A DNA stretch of 64,000 bases from an uncultured virus (IMG/VR IMGVR_UViG_3300025261_000058) (lineage: Duplodnaviria; Heunggongvirae; Uroviricota; Caudoviricetes). Location of the stretch: IMG/VR virus record IMGVR_UViG_3300025261_000058. One strand, 5' to 3'. This document shows positions 48,242-57,518 of the stretch, piece after piece. Every line of letters begins with the position of its first letter. The first letter of the stretch is position 1. Position numbers and translations under genes: made by a program. The notes beneath the pieces were generated by a model. The model did no database searches and had not been told where the DNA came from. It saw only the letters and a program-made list of their open reading frames with translations.

Positions 48242-48353
48242 GCAAATCTTTATGATCTATTGAAGCTATGCAGGCGATAGAAATAATTGTTCGCTCCGAG
48301 CAAATCTTTTTGCGACATAGCGCTTGGCAAAGCAAATCAAATTGATCTATGAT
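48242..48353 (+). promoter_or_regulatory. pL with operators at 48242-48260 and 48332-48350
   Basis: TTGGCA-18bp-TATGAT; two GCAAATC-N4-TGATCTAT copies matching the pR site. Confidence 0.7.
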
Positions 48354-48399
48354 TCTCTCCATACCGCAACACAACGCAACGACGGAGAAGGGGATTGAA

Positions 48400-48606
48400 A
48401 TGAGCCCGAACAACCTTAATGCATTCCGCGCGATTGACGAAGTCTTCGACGGAACTTTCATGTTGACGTTTGGCGGCCCGCTCGACGCACCGGAGATGAT
48501 TCCGAACGGCTCGATGGTCGCGCATGAATGCCACACGATCCTCGCCGGTTCAGCACTTCGCTTGGGCGCGCACAACAAACCGTGCATATCGTTCCAGGTG
48601 CGCTAA
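48400..48606 (+). CDS. First pL gene, hypothetical protein
   Basis: Purine-rich RBS; 68 aa. Confidence 0.6.
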   Translation: MSPNNLNAFRAIDEVFDGTFMLTFGGPLDAPEMIPNGSMVAHECHTILAGSALRLGAHNKPCISFQVR

Positions 48607-48608
48607 CA

Positions 48609-48658
48609 GGTCGAAACCGCTTCGGCGGTCTGAGCGTAAGGCGCTCACTGACGAGACC
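48609..48658 (+). ncRNA. Type II hammerhead ribozyme
   Basis: GGTC-GAAA-CCGC(TTCG)GCGG-TC-TGAGCG(TAAGG)CGCTCA-CTGACGA-GACC: complete core and three perfect stems. Confidence 0.92.
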
Positions 48659-49350
48659 GTGAATTACCCGCAGTAGAAGCACCCGCCCCGGCAGAGCCGG
48701 ATCGCGGTTTGGGTCTTTAAGCGTAATCGGAAAGATAAACGGACGTGAAACAGTCGTCCAGACACGTTGGTGTCCCTCCCTTGGCCTGGCTCGGAGGAAG
48801 AAGAAAGAGCCTGAAACGAGGACAGATGATCCTCAGATGCGAAAGCATCGCCCAGCACACCGTGGCGCGGTAACGGGTGCAAACCATGCGGGATCGGGAG
48901 ACAGACTGGTCCCGCATGTGTAGCAGTTTTTCTGAGAGAGCCGCTGAGCTCCCGTCACAGACTGAGTATCCGCCGTTAGTAGCCGCATAGATCCGTGGTC
49001 CCCCATAACCCGGTAGCGCCGAACCCGGCTCGAAGGTCTCCCTGATAGCAACAGCGCTCTCTCAGAAACACTGCACCGAAATTGCACCCAGGTAGATGGA
49101 CATCAAACTCCATCGGTGTGTGCGACTCGCTGGCGGACGAGTGATAAAGACTTCGCCTCCACACCCTTTGAAGCGCGGGCCTGGCAAGCTGTGGATAGGG
49201 TCACGAGAACGGTTCTACGCCAACGAACGCCGGATACGTAACCGGCACGAATTCTGAGTCCCCTAGCCGCGGCCGATTCGCTGAGTCGGCGGCGGTTAGG
49301 TGATTCTCACATGATGGCATTCAGTACAACTTATTTCATCGGGATTTGAA

Positions 49351-49686
49351 ATGGCGATGACGTCGCTGATGGCGTCGCTAAAGAGATTGGAGGCTGATAT
49401 GAAGATGATCGAGAAAGCTGTAGCGAGACAGGATGACGAGGCTGATGACGACATTGAGGAAGCTCGCGAAATCCTCAAGTCATTAATCGAGAACATCCGG
49501 GCGGATGGGCATTACTCGATAGAGGCAACTTGTACCTTTATCCAACAGGCCATGAACTGCCTTCCCATGACCACTGATATCCGGCCGATAAGCATCGATC
49601 TTGATTCTCCGCGCAGGGTTGTATTGGTTTTCAGAACCGCTGCCGATGCCGAAGCGTGGATCGCTAGTCAAGAGATTGGAGGTTGA
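49351..49686 (+). CDS. Hypothetical protein
   Basis: ORF after the structured leader. Confidence 0.5.
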   Translation: MAMTSLMASLKRLEADMKMIEKAVARQDDEADDDIEEAREILKSLIENIRADGHYSIEATCTFIQQAMNCLPMTTDIRPISIDLDSPRRVVLVFRTAADAEAWIASQEIGG

Positions 49687-49687
49687 G

Positions 49688-50185
49688 ATGAAGGGTAATC
49701 AATCAGGTTTGGCTCGTGATGAGGCGAGTGTGGACTTGCCCTTAGAGCCGAAGCGCCACGATTACGTCGCAGATGCTGTGCGATTCGGCGAGTGCGAGCA
49801 ATGCGCGAAGCGCGACAACCTGCACCCGTTGGGCGGCGCTATGGTTTGCGGCGGTTGTTCGCAAGCCAGCTATCTCTCTGAATGGCAGGACTATGCAGCG
49901 CAACTGCGCGCCCTTCTCGTCAAATCTAGCGCAGCCACTGTTAGCGATGCCGCGAGTGCAGAGCCAGCCGTAAATGTTGGAACACTGACCGCGGAAGAAC
50001 TGCGATTCGTGGAGCTTGTGCGCGATAACCCAGGGTGCAAGCTGAATAGTGGCGAAGCATGGACCGAAACCGGGCCGCTATGGACACGGCTCGAAGCAAT
50101 GAGCTTGATCGAATGTGTGGGGTCATATAAATGGCGCATCAATATCGCCGAACTATGTGCCCGCGCCGCATCTTCAGGAGGCTGA
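49688..50185 (+). CDS. Modular hypothetical protein
   Basis: GGAGG RBS; contains shared linker repeat. Confidence 0.6.
   Translation: MKGNQSGLARDEASVDLPLEPKRHDYVADAVRFGECEQCAKRDNLHPLGGAMVCGGCSQASYLSEWQDYAAQLRALLVKSSAATVSDAASAEPAVNVGTLTAEELRFVELVRDNPGCKLNSGEAWTETGPLWTRLEAMSLIECVGSYKWRINIAELCARAASSGG
49925..49958 (+). repeat. 34-bp exact direct repeat, copy 1
   Basis: TCTAGCGCAGCCACTGTTAGCGATGCCGCGAGTG identical to 58235-58268. Confidence 0.95.
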
Positions 50186-50251
50186 AATGCTCGACCTCAT
50201 AGCAACTCTCAAGCTGGCTTACCTGGCAGATACGCAGGGTAGGAGTTAATC

Positions 50252-50479
50252 ATGAACGAAATCAAAGATGGTGGCCCGGCGTTTCCGTGCGACGAGCAGA
50301 TCAGGGATTCGATGATTTATCAGCCTGAGCCCGGTATGACGCTGCGTGACTACATGGCGGCGAAGGCGATGCAAGGAATCTGCGCCCATCCCGATACATG
50401 GGGATTGCGCATTCACGAGATCACCGAGCACGCGTACGACATTGCCGACGCCATGCTACGCGCCCGAGGCCAATCATGA
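50252..50479 (+). CDS. Conserved small phage protein
   Basis: GGPAFP...GMTLRDY.AAKAMQ...AY..ADAML.AR. Confidence 0.8.
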   Translation: MNEIKDGGPAFPCDEQIRDSMIYQPEPGMTLRDYMAAKAMQGICAHPDTWGLRIHEITEHAYDIADAMLRARGQS

Positions 50480-50807
50480 ATTGGCAACAAGACATGACCA
50501 TCATCGACGGCAGACTGTACGCGGGCGACAGGTGGCTGGGCAGTTTCTCATCCCACTCTGCGGCGATGGCTGGCATTCAGATCATGCGCAACGGCAGCAG
50601 CGATGTTGAGCTTGCTGAGGATGACCGCGATCTTCTCGCGGCGATTGATGCGGACGAGGTTTGAGATGTTCTACACCGACTTCGGATTCCGGGCCTGCGT
50701 GCCGAGAGTCTCCAACTACATCCTGACGTTCGCGCGGCACTTCGACGTCTATTCCAATTCACGGCTGGTCATGTCTGTGGACTACAGCCAAATCGCGTGG
50801 TGCTTAC

Positions 50808-51158
50808 ATGAAACCTTTCGACCTTGAAGCCGCCAAGCGTGGTGAGCCTGTTTGGGTGCGCGCCGACAAGCACAACCCTTGGTATGAGCACGCGTGGTTT
50901 GTCGGAGTGACAAAGACCGGGCGTCCGATTATCGAATGGCCAGATGGCGAAGTTCGATCAGTCAGTAACGCCGGCGAGCGGCTTTGCATGGCACCCCGCA
51001 AAAAGACGGTGTATGTGAACGTCTACGACATGCGCCTTAATTCATACGCGGGCAACAGCGCTGCAACGTTCGATAGCGAAGCTCTGGCACGCGACAACGC
51101 TGACCGCAACGGAGTTGGGATGCTAGCGGTTGCTGTGCCAATTGAGATCGGGGTGTGA
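50808..51158 (+). CDS. Hypothetical phage protein
   Basis: MKPFDLEAAK.G.PV...L.MAP. Confidence 0.7.
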   Translation: MKPFDLEAAKRGEPVWVRADKHNPWYEHAWFVGVTKTGRPIIEWPDGEVRSVSNAGERLCMAPRKKTVYVNVYDMRLNSYAGNSAATFDSEALARDNADRNGVGMLAVAVPIEIGV

Positions 51159-51159
51159 C

Positions 51160-51693
51160 ATGACCGACAAGACAGACAGCCGGTTAAACACCGATGCCGC
51201 TTCAAGGGCGTTCGAAGAATCGAAATACTACTTCACCGGCGAAAGCCCGGTGCGTCGCGTCGAAGATTGGCGGGTGTGGATCGACGCGTGGAACGCCGCA
51301 CTATCTGCCAGCCAGCCGAAAGCACTACCGAATCTCGCCGTCTGGTACGGATCCATGCCCGAGAGCAACGGAAAAACGAACTGGACAGCGATCTTACACG
51401 CAGGCGAGATCTGGAAAGGAATCACGATCGACCGCTCAGAATACCCAGATCGCGTGCGCTATGAAGCCGATCGCATGCGCTGGATGATCGGCGAACTGGA
51501 ACAACAGCCGTCCATTCTTGACTACGACGCGGACAAGCATAGCGGGTATGTGTCGCCTGTCAGCCAGCCTAAAGCGCTGACGGACGAAAAGATCGACGCC
51601 GCGATCCTTGAATGGTTTTCATACGAGCGCAATCAGGACGATTTTCGAGCCCGCATGCGCGCTGCAATCATTGCTGCCACGGAGGCCAAATGA
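51160..51693 (+). CDS. Modular hypothetical protein
   Basis: VWYG.MPESNG..NWTA module flanked by two SQPKAL linkers. Confidence 0.7.
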   Translation: MTDKTDSRLNTDAASRAFEESKYYFTGESPVRRVEDWRVWIDAWNAALSASQPKALPNLAVWYGSMPESNGKTNWTAILHAGEIWKGITIDRSEYPDRVRYEADRMRWMIGELEQQPSILDYDADKHSGYVSPVSQPKALTDEKIDAAILEWFSYERNQDDFRARMRAAIIAATEAK

Positions 51694-51952
51694 ACGCCTG
51701 TTATTTCGCTCTGGGCGCATGGTGTGGCGCCGTTACGGTGTGCATCCTGTTCATCCGCGGCGCCAATCCGCCAGAGCGAGTCGATAGACGTATGGAGTGT
51801 GAGCAATGAAACCCGCAATCGACGACTGGATCGAATTCACCCGCGCATCGATTGACGAGCAGTTGGCTGAGATTGCGGCGAAGGATGAGGCCGCGTGGCA
51901 GGTCTTCCGAGCCAAGCTGTTTGAAGCGCTGGATCAATAACGGAGAGTTGGA

Positions 51953-52192
51953 ATGAGCCAATTTAACGAAGAACAACTGAAAGAACTCGAAGTCGTCTTC
52001 GGCCTGAAGCGAGAAGAAAGTTTGCCGGTGCGCGACGGGCGCGTGACACGAGATTCGATGGTCTGGTGGCGCGGATCGAAGGGACCCGAGCAAGTGCGGG
52101 CTGATAGCGGAACGCACTGGCACAACATCAGTTCCTTCCCCGATGTCTATCAGTTGAAGCAACCGGTGTATCGCGTCGAGTACTTCGATTGA
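51953..52192 (+). CDS. Hypothetical protein
   Basis: GGAG RBS. Confidence 0.55.
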   Translation: MSQFNEEQLKELEVVFGLKREESLPVRDGRVTRDSMVWWRGSKGPEQVRADSGTHWHNISSFPDVYQLKQPVYRVEYFD

Positions 52193-52594
52193 TTCCCCGA
52201 AGCCAGCGCGGCACAAACAGCGCCTAGCACCGGGTGGGATGCCCGGGCCTTGAGTGATGGTGATTGGCCTCTAAGGGTTGTACCGGCGAGCCAATGTCCC
52301 CTTAAGAGGACTGCCAGTCGCTATCGCTCAGGGCAAAAGCGGATTCTGCGCGGAAGGCAGTACGAGTAAGCGCAGTGCAGCGAGTAGCTCTGGCAAATTA
52401 TCAGGAGTCCATATGGGACAGCACGCAAATCAACGCGCTTGGGCCGAATTCGAGCGCAGGCAGCGCAAGGCGCAAGACGACTACTTCGAGTCCGAGCCGC
52501 CGATCACAGACGACGAGCTGGCCGAGATTGCAAGCGACAAGCACTTCGAGCGGATCGACTACCCGCGCACGAATCGGCAGTGGGGAGGATGGCA

Positions 52595-52975
52595 ATGAGC
52601 GAGATCAAGCATACGCCGGGGCCGTGGAAGCTCATGCCCCGCGAAGTGTTGGAAGACGACAGCGTTTATTCCACGCACATCGTCGGCGGCCCCCGCGAGG
52701 TTCAAGTCTGCCTCCTAGAGTCATTCGAATCCGCGAAACGAGCACATGACAACCCGGAAATGAAATCCGCAGTGTTCGAAGCTAACTGCCGCCTGATAGC
52801 CGCCGCGCCTGACCTCTACGAAGCGCTCGAAAGTATCCGCCGATACGGGCTGGACACCCTCTCAGGGCGAGCAGACGGCGGAGAAGATGACCGTCAGTGG
52901 CAGCGCGAAGCAGTCAACGAAATGACCAAGCGTGCTCGAATCGCAATCGAAAAAGCCACCGGGAGCCAGTCATGA
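52595..52975 (+). CDS. Hypothetical phage protein
   Basis: KHTPGPW...AN.RLIAAAPDL.EAL. Confidence 0.8.
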   Translation: MSEIKHTPGPWKLMPREVLEDDSVYSTHIVGGPREVQVCLLESFESAKRAHDNPEMKSAVFEANCRLIAAAPDLYEALESIRRYGLDTLSGRADGGEDDRQWQREAVNEMTKRARIAIEKATGSQS

Positions 52976-53147
52976 GCGCCACATACGAGATACACGACGG
53001 CTGCACGACATGCATATCTGATGCCGGTCGCGACCGCTTAGCAGAAGAGCAACGCCAGCGCCAAGCCGAGATCCTGATGTGGACCACGGCCGGCTCTATC
53101 GGCGCGATTGCTGCACTGGTGCTTAAACAACTACTCGGAGGTTAACC

Positions 53148-53339
53148 ATGTTTTCGAGAGACATCCAGCACTACCGCTATCGCACGGCACGCACGATGAC
53201 TGAGGCGTTTGGTCCGAACAGCAAACTGCACGTCGAGCGCGAGAGTGACGTGAAGGCGTGGATCTGGGCGATTGGCTGCGGCGTGGCTATCGGCTGCGTC
53301 TGGTGGATCTGCGTGGCGCTTCGGGCGGGGGCGGCATGA
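53148..53339 (+). CDS. Small membrane protein
   Basis: RT..EAFGP motif plus C-terminal TM. Confidence 0.6.
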   Translation: MFSRDIQHYRYRTARTMTEAFGPNSKLHVERESDVKAWIWAIGCGVAIGCVWWICVALRAGAA

Positions 53340-53530
53340 CCCAGCACTACGACAACGCCATCCACATGATGGAAGTGCAGGGCGGCTCTTTCGTCCAGTC
53401 ATTGGCCCACTGCTACCTGATGGCCGATCCAGTCAACAAAACAAAGCTTCGCGACACGTTCGCCGGTTACTTCGAAAACTACGAGCACCGGTTTGATCTG
53501 TGGAAGCAACAACAGAGGGAAGCAGCATGA
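53336..53530 (+). CDS. Hypothetical protein
   Basis: M...GGSF...L......AD..N...L...F. Confidence 0.65.
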   Translation: MTQHYDNAIHMMEVQGGSFVQSLAHCYLMADPVNKTKLRDTFAGYFENYEHRFDLWKQQQREAA

Positions 53531-54579
53531 GCACAGCACTTTCAGTACGCCAGGAATTCGGCGCACAAGAGACGACCAACGCACTGGTCGAAACCGCCTC
53601 GACGGCCATTGCGGCCAAGGCGAAGGCAATGGTCGAGGCCCGCTACGTGATGGCGATGCGCCAGCCGCGCAATTGGGATCAGGTGCGGCAGGACTTGATG
53701 AGCGAGTGCAAGCGGCCATCCTTCGCGCACAACAAGAGCGCGTACTACCGCAAGCCGATCGGCCAAGGTGTAGAGGGTCTGGGGATTCGCTTCGTGGAAG
53801 TCGCGTTGCGTTGCATGAAGAACGTGCTGGTCGAGACGTCCATGACATTCGAGGACGACGCTAAGGAGATTCATTGCGTCAGCGTAACGGACCTGGAATC
53901 GAACCTGACCTATCCGCTGGATGTGCGGGTGTCGAAGACGGTCGAGCGCTCGAAGCCGGCCGACGATGGTTCGTATCTCTCGGTCCGAAAGAATAGCTAC
54001 GGCAAGATGGTCTACACCGTTCCGGCCAACGATGACGACTTGCTCAACAAGCGCGGCGCCCTGATTTCCAAAGCTGTACGGACGCTTGGTCTGCGGATTA
54101 TTCCGGGCGATCTACAGGACGAAGCAGAGGAAATCATCAAGGCGGTCCGAATGAACGAAGCCGCCCGCGATCCGGGAGCGGAACGGAAGCGCATCGCCGA
54201 TGCATTCGCTGAAATCGGCGTGAAAGTCGAAGACCTAACGAAGTATCTTGGCCACGCGCTTGATACGTGCTCGCCCGCAGAACTGGTAGATCTGCGCGGC
54301 ATCTATGGCGCGATCAAGGACGGCGAGGCCACCTGGAAGCAGGTTGTCGAAAACAAGGCCGAGCAGGGCGGGGAGGGCAGCGAAAGCGGCTCAACGAGCG
54401 CCAAGGTGATTCCGGTCTGCACTGCCGATGACTTCGAGAAAAAGTCACCTGAATGGCGAAAGCTGATCGTCGAGAAGAAAAAGACGCCCGCCGAGTTGGT
54501 CAAGATGATCGAGACGAAGACCAAACTCAGCGAAGAACAGAAACTGACGCTGGACTCATGGAGCCACGAGAATGACTGA
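53527..54579 (+). CDS. Putative single-strand annealing recombinase
   Basis: Coupled to YqaJ exonuclease; AYY..P.G...EG..IRF.E, DLE.N, SKA.R. Confidence 0.6.
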   Translation: MSTALSVRQEFGAQETTNALVETASTAIAAKAKAMVEARYVMAMRQPRNWDQVRQDLMSECKRPSFAHNKSAYYRKPIGQGVEGLGIRFVEVALRCMKNVLVETSMTFEDDAKEIHCVSVTDLESNLTYPLDVRVSKTVERSKPADDGSYLSVRKNSYGKMVYTVPANDDDLLNKRGALISKAVRTLGLRIIPGDLQDEAEEIIKAVRMNEAARDPGAERKRIADAFAEIGVKVEDLTKYLGHALDTCSPAELVDLRGIYGAIKDGEATWKQVVENKAEQGGEGSESGSTSAKVIPVCTADDFEKKSPEWRKLIVEKKKTPAELVKMIETKTKLSEEQKLTLDSWSHEND

Positions 54580-56179
54580 CCGCATAACTCACGACCTGAT
54601 TCAAGGCTCGGATGAATGGGCACAGTTCCGCCTGACGAAGTTCGGCGCCAGCGAGGCCGCTGCCATGCTCGGAATCTCGACGAAGGCCAAGCGCACCGAA
54701 CTGCTTCACATGAAGCATACCGGCAATCCCAAGGAGTTCAGCGAGTGGGTTCAGAAGAACATCCTGGACTACGGTCACGAAGTAGAAGCGCTGGCCCGGC
54801 CCATCATCGAAGAACTGATCGGGCAGGACTTGTACCCAGTGACGCGTTCGCTGGGCGTGCTTTCAGCATCGTGTGACGGCCTGACGCTCGACGACGAGAT
54901 TGCATTCGAGCATAAGCAGTGGAATGCGACTCTAGCCGAATCGGTGCGCAATAAGGTGCTGCCGGAAGAGTATCAGCCGCAGTGCCAGCAAATCATGCTG
55001 GTGGCCGGCGCGCAGAAGGTCATCTTCGTATGCTCAGACGGCACGCGAGACAACATGGAATACATGGAGGTCTACCCGGATCAGGCTTGGTTCGAGCGGA
55101 TCATCGACGGCTGGGTGCAGTTTGAAAAAGACCTGGCCGCCTACGTGCCGCAAGTCATCGAAGAAAAGCCGATCGGCCACACGCCTGAAACGCTTCCCGC
55201 GCTGCACATCGAACTCAGCGGTGTTGTCAAGCATAGCAACCTCCGCGATTTCAAGGCTCACGCACTGGCTGTCTTCGCAGGTATCAACCGCGAACTGACG
55301 ACCGACCAGCATTTCGCCGACGCCGAGAAGACCGTCAAGTGGTGCGAAGACGTCGAATCACGACTCAAAGCGGCGAAGGAGCACGCGCTGAGCCAGACGC
55401 AGAGCATCGACGAATTGTTCAAGACCATCGACGACATCGGTGCCGAGGCTCGCCGCGTCCGGTTGGATCTCGACAAACTGGTGACCAAGCGCAAGACCGA
55501 AGTCAAGGATTCGATCATCGCCGGCGGCCGCAAGAAATTTGCTGATCACTGCGCGGCACTCGCGGCAGATCTGGCCTTGGGCGACGTTCGGCTTGAAGTG
55601 GCGGCGCCCGATTTTGTCGGCGCAGCGAAGAACAAACGGACGATGGCAAGCCTGCACGATGCGATCGACACGGCGCTGTCCAACGGCAAGATTGCCGCCG
55701 ATGCCGTCGCCCGCGATCTGCGTGCGAAGCTCGACTGGTACAAGCCGCACGGCGAAGCTCATGGCTTCCTATTCCGCGACCTGCAATCACTGATCCAGAA
55801 GCCCGCTGAGGACTTCCAATTGGCCGTCACCACGCGGATCGAACAGCACAAGCAGGCAGAAGCGGAGAAGGTAAAGGCGGCGCCGCCGCCCACACCCGCA
55901 GTCGTGGCGCCAGCGCCGATCGCCACGAAGCCAGTTCAGGTCGCAGCGCCTTGGATTGGCACTACGCCGACCGGCGCTCCGACACTGCGTCTTGGCCAGA
56001 TTAACGAACGACTGGCACCGATCGCTTTGACAGCCGAAGGCTTAGTGGCTCTCGGATTCAAGCACGCAGCCACCGACAAGGCTGCCAAGTTGTACCACGA
56101 GGAAGTTTTCCCTCAGATTTGTGCAGCGCTGATCGAGCACATCGATGCGGCGGCTCGCGGGCTTGCTCACGCAGCCTAA
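54572..56179 (+). CDS. YqaJ/lambda-exonuclease family protein
   Basis: QGS.EW...R....ASE, G...E..AR, AS.DG, EHK, Q.QQ. Confidence 0.9.
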   Translation: MTDRITHDLIQGSDEWAQFRLTKFGASEAAAMLGISTKAKRTELLHMKHTGNPKEFSEWVQKNILDYGHEVEALARPIIEELIGQDLYPVTRSLGVLSASCDGLTLDDEIAFEHKQWNATLAESVRNKVLPEEYQPQCQQIMLVAGAQKVIFVCSDGTRDNMEYMEVYPDQAWFERIIDGWVQFEKDLAAYVPQVIEEKPIGHTPETLPALHIELSGVVKHSNLRDFKAHALAVFAGINRELTTDQHFADAEKTVKWCEDVESRLKAAKEHALSQTQSIDELFKTIDDIGAEARRVRLDLDKLVTKRKTEVKDSIIAGGRKKFADHCAALAADLALGDVRLEVAAPDFVGAAKNKRTMASLHDAIDTALSNGKIAADAVARDLRAKLDWYKPHGEAHGFLFRDLQSLIQKPAEDFQLAVTTRIEQHKQAEAEKVKAAPPPTPAVVAPAPIATKPVQVAAPWIGTTPTGAPTLRLGQINERLAPIALTAEGLVALGFKHAATDKAAKLYHEEVFPQICAALIEHIDAAARGLAHAA

Positions 56180-56341
56180 ACCTCCACGCGTTCCCCACCC
56201 CAAGCGATGTAGCCCACTCGGGTATTGATCTCGCCAAACAGCGGGTGAGGGGACGCGCCTATACCAGTCCCGCAGACAGCACAGTCTGCGGCGTGTTTGG
56301 GGCGGCCGGTCTGGCGCCTCCTTTTTAGAGAATCAGGGGCT

Positions 56342-57070
56342 ATGAATGAGTTGGCTCTTTTCGCAGGCGCTGGTGGCGGAATACTCGGCGGCCACCTTCT
56401 TGGATGGCAAACCATCGTCGCAGTTGAACGTGATGCCCACGCAGCACAAATTCTGGCACAGAGGCAAAACGATGGAGCCATCCGACCATTCCCAATTTGG
56501 TCTGACGTCACGAGTTTTGACGGAAAGCCATGGCGAGGCATTGTTGACGTCGTATCGGGCGGCTTTCCATGCCAGGACATTAGCGTTGCCGGCACCAAGT
56601 TGGGCCTCGAAGGCGAGCGCAGTGGGCTCTGGTCGGAGTTCTTCCGGATTGTGGGCGAAGTTCGACCCGGCTTCGTGTTCATTGAGAACAGCCCAGCACT
56701 CGTTACTCGAGGACTCGACCGCGTGCTCGCCGATCTTGCCTCCATCGGGTTTGATGCTCGCTGGTCGTGTCTATCAGCGGCCCAGCTTGGCGCCTGTCAC
56801 GAACGTAACCGCGCCTGGATCGTTGCCCACTCCTCTGAAGTCATGGGGCCGGCGCGGGCCGGGCTTATCGAACAACCTCGACAACTTGCGATGCAGCCTT
56901 GGAGTTACGAAGGAGTGTCTAGCGATAGTGGACGCCGTTGGGTGGAGATGGCCCGCAAGTTTCGTCGAATGGATGATGGGCTGGCCTTTGCAGTGGAGCG
57001 CACTGAAGCCATTGGAAATGGGCAGGTTCCAATCGTGGCAGCAACAGCATTCGACCTTCTCACGCGCTGA
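56342..57070 (+). CDS. C5-cytosine DNA methyltransferase, alpha chain (motifs I-VIII, X)
   Basis: LFAGAGG, GGFPCQD, ENS, H.R.R.W, IGNGQVP. Confidence 0.9.
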   Translation: MNELALFAGAGGGILGGHLLGWQTIVAVERDAHAAQILAQRQNDGAIRPFPIWSDVTSFDGKPWRGIVDVVSGGFPCQDISVAGTKLGLEGERSGLWSEFFRIVGEVRPGFVFIENSPALVTRGLDRVLADLASIGFDARWSCLSAAQLGACHERNRAWIVAHSSEVMGPARAGLIEQPRQLAMQPWSYEGVSSDSGRRWVEMARKFRRMDDGLAFAVERTEAIGNGQVPIVAATAFDLLTR

Positions 57071-57080
57071 AGCGGCGTGA
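56346..57080 (+). CDS. Overlapping +1 frame methyltransferase beta chain (motif IX)
   Basis: 244-codon ORF with LPTP and FVEWMMGWP..W. Confidence 0.75.
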   Translation: MSWLFSQALVAEYSAATFLDGKPSSQLNVMPTQHKFWHRGKTMEPSDHSQFGLTSRVLTESHGEALLTSYRAAFHARTLALPAPSWASKASAVGSGRSSSGLWAKFDPASCSLRTAQHSLLEDSTACSPILPPSGLMLAGRVYQRPSLAPVTNVTAPGSLPTPLKSWGRRGPGLSNNLDNLRCSLGVTKECLAIVDAVGWRWPASFVEWMMGWPLQWSALKPLEMGRFQSWQQQHSTFSRAEAA

Positions 57081-57100
57081 CCTAACCGAGCTAAATCATA

Positions 57101-57517
57101 ATGCAGACAAAGAATTGCCGCATCTCCCTGGAATGCAAGCCTATCGAAGCATTTACTCGGAACAAGGCTAGCTCTGTTGGATTCACGCGCGTATGCAAAT
57201 CTTGCACGAATGCGAAAAGTCGAGCTTACGCGAAGTCAAGACCTGAGAAAGTCAAAGAGAAGCGGTCGCAGAAGAAAGCATTGAATGCTGCTTTGAATCT
57301 CAGTTACCGGCAGCGATATCCCGAACGAATGATAGCGAACACCATTTGCAAGCGAGCTGTTGCAGAAGGGATAGTGAAAAGGCACCCATGTTGGGTATGT
57401 GGCGAAACAAAAGTCGAAGCTCACCATGCGGATTACAGCCAACCTCTCGATGTCGTATGGCTGTGCCGCCTTCATCATCGCCAAGCGCATGCACTAGCGC
57501 GGGAATTGGAGAAATAA
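57101..57517 (+). CDS. HNH-like zinc-binding protein
   Basis: CK.C; PC.VCG....AHH.DYS.PL.V.WLC..HH..H. Confidence 0.75.
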   Translation: MQTKNCRISLECKPIEAFTRNKASSVGFTRVCKSCTNAKSRAYAKSRPEKVKEKRSQKKALNAALNLSYRQRYPERMIANTICKRAVAEGIVKRHPCWVCGETKVEAHHADYSQPLDVVWLCRLHHRQAHALARELEK

Positions 57518-57518
57518 A

